This document shows positions 53,117-63,104 of a stretch of 63,104 nucleotides of DNA, piece after piece. The stretch is taken from the NCBI GenBank assembly GCA_001938485.1, contig MQRK01218133.1:1-63104 (forward strand), in the 5' to 3' direction. Made by a program: the position numbers and the translations under genes. Source of the DNA: Girardia tigrina (Eukaryota). Position 1 is the stretch's first letter. The number at the start of each line of letters is the position of its first letter. A model generated the notes under the pieces. It saw nothing but the letters and a program-made list of their open reading frames with translations. It had not been told where the DNA came from and ran no database searches.

Positions 53117-55394
53117 TTTTACATTATTTCTATAATAATTATATAGGAATAATAAGTCATAAATTTTATTTTAACAATGATACAAACTACAATATTATAA
53201 TATTAATTAATTATTTATACAAACTAATTACAAACAATATTTTCATCTATAAAAGACAACAATGTGCATCATTAATGATAGATAAAAGATTCTTTTATAT
53301 ATTGTACATAAATAATTATTAAACTAAAAATAAGGAATGAATTTTTAAAATCATAAATTATGAAGCCATAAAATTTTATTGAAATATATCAATTTTCTTT
53401 AAAATCAAATTCACTTCAAAATTTTTTTCTAAGAATGAATTTTTTAAATAACGAGTACTTTTAATTTTCAAGTTTAAATATTTATATTATAAATAAGTCT
53501 AAATTATTATTTATTAATTATATAAACATAAAAATAATAATATTATTTAATAATAATATTATTATTATTTAAAATTAAAATTATTTATTATTATTATTTT
53601 TTACTAAACTTCAGAATTTAATCAATTTATTAAAAGAAAGTATTAAATAATTTCATTCATATAAAGAAATAAGATTAATATATTCTGCTTTACAAATAGA
53701 AATAATAATATTTATTTAGAAGTAAAAATATGATAAGTTAGTTAGACATATGTTTATTTATTTATACATAATGTATTAATAAAAATATAAACGAACTTTT
53801 TCAAGCAACAAATTGGTAAGAATAAATTAATTTATCATGAATATTTAGTTATAAGTTTAGAGTTCATTCGATTGTAAACCTATTTATTATGATATTAAAT
53901 ATATTCATTTATTATTAATATTTTAGGACAATTTAGACACAAATCCTTGCATTATTGATAAATTTAAGGCGCAATCATACAACATAACTAGATTTACCTT
54001 TCTAAATATTAATAATAATTTCTTCATTAAATATTTTTTAGGACAAATAAATGGCTTTAGGAATTTTGCAAAACAAATTTACTTATCTAATCAGTACTAC
54101 ATAAAAATACAATTTTCATGAATTATTATATATAATTATATAATCGGACCATTTCCTTGTGGTAAAAATATACGGATTCCATATCCCTTATTATTTTCCT
54201 ATTCTTTAATATTTATTATGACATAATATAATGTACATTTTTCATTTCATTCTTGGCAAAAACATTATCAAAATACAGTATAAATAAATTTCATAAAAAT
54301 ATCTAAATATCAAAAAACAAAGAAAATAAAAAAAACAAATCAAAAATTTTATTTTTAATAAATAATTTAAATCATGAGCTTAAAGCAAAAAATACAAAGG
54401 TTAGTAATGTTAAAACTGTTTTTAACGTTGATTCAAGTGGATTAAAGTTATGTTCTTGTAAAATAATTAAAATCTATGGTATCCTTCGCAATGTAGATTT
54501 TATGTTAGTTATAGTTATACTCATAATGCTATAGTTTAATGAGATTTACTTTCTTACATCATGGTTTCATCTTTGTATTTTCCAAGTGTATTAAATTTAA
54601 TTTTCCTGCAAATGTTTAGTTTGTTATTGAAATGATTTCCTGGAATGACCACCTTGACATTTGTGCATCCATAATTGGAAACACGTAAACCCAAGTTCTA
54701 GGTCACTTGAAGTAATATATGACCAATAAATAACTTAATTAAAGTATTTTTAAAATATGATCACAGGAAATATTTTGATATTTTCTTACACCATCAACAA
54801 TAGCAATTTACAAATAATTCCAAATAAAATCTAAAATACAAACTTACGTCAGAAATTCACTTATTTACCTTGTAAGTAGCGTTTATGCCACTTTAATTAT
54901 TATCAGATTCAACACTCATAATTCAATTCAGATTTTTTTATTATAACAAAAAATCACATATTTAAACAAATTTCTTGTTAATTCAATTACCTCGACAAAA
55001 ATTAATCTATTAAATGTTTTTCTATTCAATTCTTACAATTTAACAAATTTTAAAACTTTAAATTTATAAAATAATTTTCTCATTAAAACTAAAAATTTAT
55101 TTCAAAATTTATTTAAAATTATTTCATAACTTCTATTAAAATATATCAAATTTTATGACTGTAAAAATATTTTATTTATAAATAAGTATTTAATCTTTAA
55201 TTGTTTTCTTAATTATATGATTTTTAATTTTAAAGTGGAAGATTCAAATTAATGAATCAATTAATTATAAACATTTGTGTGTATATCGCTTTCTTAAGAA
55301 GACTTAAAAATCAATTATTGAATATGATTGTGATGTATGTCTTTTGTGAACGTGTTTGCGTGTATGTAAAAAAGAAATTTTTAAAAATTTATAT

Positions 55395-55429
<35 letters not shown>

Positions 55430-56231
55430 ATTATAATTATATGTAAATTGAATAAAAAAATAAAAATTGTGAAAAAAAGAATTGAGTTTTGGGTATTTCA
55501 TTGATAATTTCCAAAATTTGAAAACAATTGAATTTTAAAAAAAGATAGAAACGTCTATTGTTTACTGTAGCAACGGAATTATCGATTTAGATAACTTAAA
55601 TAAACCTAATAACTGGTGGAATTCTGTTCAGTATTATATTAATTATTGCGGTGAACGTTTGGCTTTTTTTTGAATAACATCTCCAAAATACGATTATATC
55701 TTAAATTGAATTAAAGCTAAAAAACTGTATTTAAATGATAATGACAGTAAAGCTCTTTTCGCGTCGATTCAAAATTTAAAATTGGGTAACTAATAATGGG
55801 GTTCCTTTAGGTGAACTTTAAATTTTTGATATTTTTAAATTTTTGGTATTTTTAAAAATCATATTTATATTTTAGATAAAGTAAAAATAATGTCGATTAA
55901 TTAAAATGAAATAATTCTTTAAAATAAAAAATTTAAGTCATAGATAATATTTTTACTAATTTTTATTTATTTTTAATTTTTTTATTTTACTTAAAATTTT
56001 GTTCCTCATAAATTTGTTTCAATAATGAAAATTGTGATAGAAATAAAGTTTACAAAATTATTACTTCGAATTGTAGTCACGAACCTAATAACTATAAAGT
56101 ATTTATTAAAAATATTAACAAAAATTTATTTATTTTTTATTTTACACTTTTATATTTATTTACTTTTTTTAAACTTTTAAATTTAAAAAATAATAAATTA
56201 TTTTGGCTAAATGTAAATTTAAATTAACCCC

Positions 56232-56679
56232 TCATATACCTGAAAATCCTGTATAACCTTTATTAAGAACATTTTGACAAGTCTCATTTGATTTTTTATT
56301 GCAATTACATTTAGAGTCATTACAACTCTCAGAAGGTCTTTCATCCTTTGCCATCGTTCTAATTGGTTTTCTTATTTCTGTCTTTAATCATGATTATTCG
56401 AACAATTTTTCTAAGTCATTTTTTTTTTAAATATTTAACTTCTAAAAATATTAATTAAAAATAATAAATTTTACCATTTCTTAAATAAATCCCAAAATAA
56501 TAAAAATGTCATCAAATTATTAAAAATGCATTTAATTTAAATTTTACTAGAAAAAATATTAAACTTAATTTTAAATGTGAAATTAAAAATATGAACTTAT
56601 CAAATGATTATTTTAATTATGTTCGAATAGTCAATCCTTTAAATTGAAAAAAAATACCAATTTCCATCTGGGTGGGAGA
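56232..56679 (-). other. Micro-ORF family A cassette (motif + 40-aa ORF 56354 to 56232)
   Basis: Motif at 56664-56679; MAKDERPSESCNDSKCNCNKKSNETCQNVLNKGYTGFSGI*. Confidence 0.5.
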
Positions 56680-57401
56680 ATCACCATTCCAAATTCAACA
56701 TACTTAAATCAATATACAACATCAATATATTAACACATTAAAAAAATTTTAAATATTCATCACAACCCTTTTTATCTCTTTGTACTTTAACTCAATTCAA
56801 ATAAAAGATATCTTTTTCTTATACATCTTTAAATAAATATTTATTTATCAGTCGCTCTGGTGGTGAGCAATCAGATGATTTACCCATTCTTTAAAATTTA
56901 AGAAATGAAAAATTTAAAAGCAAATTTTTAAAAATTAAAAGTGTAACATTTAATAAATTTAATATTAGAACAATTTTTGATACATTATCCAATTTCAAAG
57001 AAGAAGGATGAGGTAATCCGATCGTTATTGAGTCAGTTCTCACTTTTTCTGGTTATTGTTCAAACATCGGTAGTTTGCCATTTATCACTATCGTAGTATA
57101 CTATTGATAGAATGAAGCTCTCAATTCTCTTTTATTTGCTTCTCGTCGTTATTTTCAAATTTTAAAATTTGTGGCTTTATGTATCATGATTACAGGGGTC
57201 TGATAAACTAATGACGGAGATCAATCAATTCATGGTTCAAGTTCACTTCCAGGTCATTGTACCTTGGTTTGTCATGAATTAATATCAAATATTTCCATTA
57301 AGTGGAGTGAATCTGCATTACTGTTATAAAAGATTATTAGCTAAATTTTAAATTTATCATTGTAACCATTAAAAATTTTTTTAAGTTTTTTTTTAAAAAT
57401 A

Positions 57402-60378
57402 CAGTAGCGTGCAAAAATCTGTGGACAGTAAAAGAAAATCACAATTTTTCCAATTAAGTCATGAGTTTATAAGGTGGCAAGCTTAAATTTTGACCAGATA
57501 TGTAATTTGTTATAAACCTTTACGCTAAATAAATGTTTTTTAATTTTGTTAATATTCTTTACGTCGAACATTCAATTTTCAAATTTTAACCATTGCAAAA
57601 GTCTGTGGAAAATTCATAAAATTCATTGTTTAAATAAAGAAAATTCTAATTAAATATAATTATTAATTTAAAAATTAATTTTAAGTATTAATCAAATAAA
57701 GTTATATTTAGGATGACCTCAAGCCGGCAAATGTCAAAAAATATCAAGAAATTGATTGTTGGTGCTTATCTTATAGGGAAAAAATCTTATAGAGAAATTG
57801 TATCGCTTTATAATGTTAGCAAGTCTGCAGTCGGTAGTCTTGTCAAGAGATACAATCAACGTCATACCATAGACAACAAGTCATGTAGTGGAAGACCGAG
57901 AGTAACATAACAAAAATATAATAGAATTCTTACTAGATTATCGAAATTGGACCCCAAAAAGAATGCAGTTGAATTGAATGAAATAATGAGAAAGGACTAT
58001 AATGTTAAGTGTAGTGTTGATACTACAAAAATTCGTCTTCAGAAAGCAAATTTATTTGGTTGTCGACCAGCTGAAAAACCTTTGATCTTGGTAAAGAATC
58101 GAAAGGCCCGAGACAAGTTTGCAAAGAAAAATCTTAACTGGACGTCCAAAGAATGGTCAAACGTTCTTTTTTCTGATGAATCAAAGTTTATGGTCTTCAA
58201 AAGTGATGGAATTAAGTATTGAAGACGACCTTTTGGTAAAATATTAGTTCCAAAATATCAGGTGACAACGGTAAAACATGGAGGTATTAATATGTTGGTT
58301 TTGGGTGCCTTTAGTCGTGAGATAGTTGGTCAAATACATTGTATAGAGGGCACAATGAATCAATTTACACTGACTTCCATAATTGTATACTTTTTTTTCT
58401 ATTTTTTACTAAATCGTGAATTACTTAGGGAGTATAAATCGGTTCATAACTTTTAGATATTTGCCTGAAAGATAATTTTAAGCTCTACAAGATGATATGT
58501 ATATAAAAAGTTTAACATTATTAATAACAAATAGGCGTTTAAACAAAAAAATGTATTAGAAGTATACAATTATGATCGCACAGATACTCAATTACAGTAA
58601 TTGGGATTTAGTAATTTATATATCCTCCTTTTGCCTTTTGAAGAGCACGAATTCGCTTTGGCATACTTTCTATTACATTTTGACACTCAATTTTCGAAAT
58701 ATCATTCCATTCCTTGGATACACGATCCCACAGTTCCAGAATTCCAGACGGAAGGTTTTCATAACGATTCAGTTTTAACTTCAATGAAGACCATATATTT
58801 TCGATAGGATTTATATCCGGCGATTGTGGTGGCCATGATAGAACATCAATGTTGTTATTTAAAAACCAATCTTTTGCCTTTTTCGAAGTGTGCTTGGGAT
58901 CACTGTCCTGTTGAAAAATGATTTTATCGGTGTCGAAGCCATAATACTCGCATGTATTTAGCAATTCATCACCTAGAATATCACAATACAACCGTGCATC
59001 CATATTTCCATCGATTCTAGTCAGGTAAGCAGGTCCCTCTGCGGTTATACAACCCCAAACCATCAGAGAACCACCACCAAATTTTGCTGTTCCCTGTACG
59101 TTTCAATCATCCACTACTGCACCAGGATTCTTCCAACACCACTTTCGTCCATCAAACCAAAACCTATTGACTTTTGCCTCGTCAGAAAATATTACTTTAT
59201 ACCAATCCTGAGAAGTCCAGTCTTTGTGCGCAACAGCAAATTGGAATCGTAATTGCTTATAGCGCTTTGACAAAAAAGGCTTTTTAATCTTCGTTACAGC
59301 CTTCAAACCACCCCTACGGAGAACCCGGTTTGAGGACTAACATTTATGTCTACATTATTTTTAACTACGTCGGTTGCTGTTTCATAGGTTCCATCTTTGA
59401 TTTTTCTTACTATAAGTCTTTGATCGGCGCACGTAAGAATTCTAGGTCTTCTAATTGAAAAGTTTTTTTCTTTGATATTTTTCTATTTTTTAATTTTTTG
59501 TACAGCTCCACGACTAATACCATATTTTGATGCTAATTTACCAAGTGAAAAACCACATTTGGCATCAGCAATCAATAAATCTTTCGTTTGTTTGCTCAAT
59601 TTTGTCATTTCTAAAATATAAAAAAATGAATGTAATAATTATAAAATTAAAAACAAAAAAATCATAATATTCCATATTATAATATTTAAATTTCATATAT
59701 ATTTTTTAATATTGAGATTTATTTGTTTCCTTTAAACAAAAACCCAATTATTCAAATTAAGAAATTGTGCGATCATAATTGTATACTTTTAATAAAAATT
59801 TCGTTTAAAGACCTACTTGTTATTATAAAAGTTTAAAATTTGACATACATTTCATCTTGTAGAGCTTAAAATTATCTTTCAGGCAAATATCTAAAAGTTA
59901 TGAACCGATTTATACTCCCTAAGTAATTCACGATTTAGTAAAAAATAGAAAAAAAGTATGCAATTATGGAAGTCAGTGTATGTACAAAGATATCATCGGT
60001 ACTAAAATGTTACCTGTTGCAAAAGATAAAATTCCCCGGGGTTGAGTATTTCAATAGGATAATGATCCAAAGCACACGGCCAAAACAGTACATGATTTTT
60101 TCAAAGCCAATAAAATTCGTGTTTTGAATTACCCATCGCAAAGTCCCGACTTAAATCCTGGACTCTACGAAATAATTCAAGATATTTGGAGCAGCATTCC
60201 TTTGGATGTGATCAACAAATTATTTGACTCAATGCCTGATCGTTGTAAACCAGTTTTAGCTTCGAAAGATTATGCTCCCAGATATTAATAAAATTTACAA
60301 TTTCTATCAATTGTTGTAAAAAATATTTGTTTATTTTAATAAAATTTTGAATTGCCCACAGACTTTTGCACGCTACTG
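57402..60378 (+). mobile_element. Tc1-like transposon (outer), disrupted
   Basis: TIRs CAGTAGCGTGCAAAA(A/G)TCTGTGG. Transposase from 57713: GRPRVT, VLFSDESKF, VKHGG..., GTMNQF|MYKDI, DNDPKH, QSPDLNP. Confidence 0.9.
58368..59978 (-). mobile_element. Tc1-like DD34E transposon (inner) with long TIRs
   Basis: TA TSD (58366-58367, 59979-59980) and TIRs of about 215 bp starting CACTGACTTCCATAATTG. The transposase (59608 to 58608) has FSDEAK, MVWGC, FQQDSDPKH and SPDINPIENIW, with few lesions. Confidence 0.92.
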
Positions 60379-60937
60379 CTAATACATTTAATTAATACTT
60401 TTGTCATGAGTACATATCGTCAATAATATTTAATCAATTCTTGTAAATTCTTACAAAATACTGAAATAATATTTAATAATTTAATAAAACAAGGTTATTT
60501 ATTTTAAAAATTCACTGTTTAAAATTTTCTAAGTAGATATTAATTTGTAATGTTTGTTTTTATTTTAATGATTATTTTAGACTGAATCCAATCTTTACAA
60601 AAGCAAAAACAATTTCAAGTTCAGAAAAATGTTTGATTTTGAAGAATCTGAAGTTTTGGTTAAAAGTAAGAGAATAAATATTTATGAAATGATTTACAAA
60701 AATATAAATTAAATATTTGCTCCTTATTTAAACGATGATGTCCTATTTCCAGATTTAATAGTACACAGAAGGACTTAAATATCTTTAAAAATGCATGACA
60801 ATTAAAACGTTAGATAACTAAATTTTCAAATAATATAAATTGTTCGTTCTCTATGTTTATATAATGTTTACCGAAACAATTTAGTGTCACTCTCCTTAGA
60901 ATTAAATATTTTTATAAGCAAAATGGAAAAAAATTAA

Positions 60938-61035
60938 CACTGCCGTAGGGATCACCGGTAATCGGCGATGCATAATAAAAAATTCACGTTGGCGCCTCGG
61001 GCAAAACATGAAAAATGCGCCTAGCAGTCAACGTG
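60938..61035. mobile_element. Short piggyBac-type MITE remnant
   Basis: TTAA|CAC..GCAGTCAACGTG|TTAA; the right end resembles the 33970-34191 element. Confidence 0.45.
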
Positions 61036-62983
61036 TTAAAAAGAATATACAATGAATACAAAAAATGAATACAAAATAACGCAGATGAAAGATGTACAAA
61101 ATCGTCGAACCCGATCACACAGCCAAAGCTCTACAGAATCACGGTACGAAGGATCTTGACTGGTCCTTTCTGACTGGGAAACCGAAACGTGCCCTTGCAC
61201 TGAAAGCTCGTATTCTTGCATCTAAAGCCGTGCGAGAAAGTCTGTAGGCTCTGTATTGTCTATTTTTGGTTTCTACCCGATAAAAAGTCTATGACTCACT
61301 ACCCTGTACGCTAATGCTAGTACTGTAGTCTCTACAATACTCAGTTATCCGTTCAGGCGGTGGAGGCTTAATTTTTATACAATGAATACAAAAAGTAAAT
61401 ACTAGACCGCTCTTACTATAACAATTTAAGCATTAAAAAGTTACGTGAGGATTTTCAAAAGGCGAGTTTAAGGTGAGTTGGAAGACAAATAGAAAATACT
61501 GTATAAGAAATCTTCCTTTGGCAAAGGAAAGAAAATACCAGTCTTATGTGAAAATTGTTACTAAGAATGTGATACATTTGAGTCTCTAATGTTCCCACTC
61601 CATGCAAGAATCTGAATAATTAGTACACTCTAATTAAAAAGCCTCTGCAAAATTTTCGATTTGGTACATCGCATCACAAGTGTACGATGATGAGCGTGTT
61701 TTTTGGATTTCCATTACCGAGGACAATTATTAACTTTTAATATTGTATTAACTTTTTAAGGAAGTGAGGGGTCTCCAAAGAAAGCTATTCATGCATGATC
61801 TTTATTTACTTCGTGACAATAGTTTTGTCCAGACACACAATGTAATACAATTCTGAGGATTTTTTAGCAAACTCATTAATTTTTGAAATTTTAAAATTTA
61901 ATCTGTAAAATATTTAAAAATAATGTATAAAAAATTTATAATATTTTTGTTTACATTTCAGGAAGTTAGCAATATTTAAAATTCAGATTGAATCACATAA
62001 ATAATAATCGTATACAAAACAAATTATAATTAAAGCTATTTAACCATTGAATATAAAAATTAAAATTAATCGAATATACAAAAATTACTAAGTACAATTA
62101 AATGATTTTGTAATTAATGGGTTCTCGTAAAAAGTATTATAATTCTAGATCCGTAGAAATTAAAGCAAAATAACATAATAATAAATATATTTATAATTAA
62201 TTAATTTCAGAAAACACAAAAATAAAATAATTAAACTATACCATATTTAAATAACTAATTAGCATTTATAATCTCTAATAAATCTCAAATAGTCATTTCC
62301 TTTAAAGAGACATACATACATCAATTGATTTTAAATTATTTATTAAATTATTAAATATATTAATCCAACGATACCATTTTGGATTTGAAGAACCAATTTA
62401 TTCTTTTCCTAATTAAAACAATAAATAAAAAAACATACATTTGTTTTAATAGTTACATTACTAACAGTTTGAAAATTGTATTGTTTGTTTAAATGTTTGA
62501 AAGTTGAGACACTCTAAATTTGAGGGAGTGAAGCCGATCGACTTTAAGTAACGAAATACAATAATAACTTTGAAAAAATGTTTAGAAAAATAAAATAAAA
62601 TTTTCTTAAGGTGTTTAAAGGTTTGTTTATACAAATAAATTTTTACCACAACAAAAGATTATATTCTTTATAATTGATTATTAGAATATTTATAAGCGTC
62701 GCAATAATAAATAATTCCACTATCCGTTTTTGTCATTTATATGGCAAATAACTTCTTCTGTCCAATTTATTTTTAATATTAAATAATGTTAAAATAAAAA
62801 TAAAATTTATTAATTTTCATTTTTTAATGGTATTTATCATGGGCAAAGTTATTTATTTCAATGAGAATAATATTTATTTAATTTAGTTTGGATGTAGTTT
62901 TTTATGTTAATTTGATCATAAATATATTTATGGAGGTCATTGTTTTCAATATGTATTTTAATATTTACTATTCTTTGGACAAA

Positions 62984-63104
62984 AGTAAGTAGGGGAAAAA
63001 TGGGGACTCTCCCTCACCCCCCCCCCGGGGGGGGGTAGTCCTTAGTTACCGTGGTTGCCATGGTTACGTAACCAGTTACCCCGCGGGGTTACCATGGCAA
63101 CGGT
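62984..63104. repeat. GC-rich palindromic block, possible TE terminal inverted repeat (Polinton/Maverick-like)
   Basis: Abrupt compositional switch at AGTAAGTAGGGG, a C10/G9 hairpin and clustered GTTRCCATGGYWAC palindromes. Truncated by the window end. Confidence 0.35.

Noticed and set aside
61047-61400. Direct repeat ATACAATGAATACAAAAA flanking a GC-richer block, possibly an LTR or SINE
   Set aside because: No TG..CA termini, PBS or Pol III boxes identified, so it is left unclassified.

Overview
Very AT-rich, gene-poor eukaryotic DNA, most likely from an invertebrate animal (DUSP19-like gene, CHD6-9/Kismet-type chromodomain, FLYWCH-MULEs); the species cannot be identified from the sequence. 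There are three assembly gaps. The only clearly intact host gene is an intronless DUSP19-like phosphatase (955-1581). Much of the rest is decayed transposable-element sequence. A pogo/Tigger element is interrupted by an internally deleted Gypsy LTR element and by a MULE, both with target-site duplications. There is a Tc1 nested in a Tc1, remnants of mariner, hAT, MULE, piggyBac-like and IS630/Tc1-like elements, and about seven Penelope-like (PLE) remnants, several carrying minimal hammerhead ribozymes in inverted pseudo-LTRs. Not explained by known TE families: (i) a dispersed family of at least six diverged cassettes, most with the motif TCTCCYAMCCAGATGG about 260-340 nt upstream of a 31-63 codon micro-ORF whose frame and key residues are conserved, plus a second three-copy family; (ii) an open FLYWCH/low-complexity fusion ORF; (iii) a pseudogenised stand-alone CHD7-like chromodomain gene; (iv) a GC-rich, X-box-packed palindromic block at the window end. 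All calls are from manual reading and translation, with no database searches.
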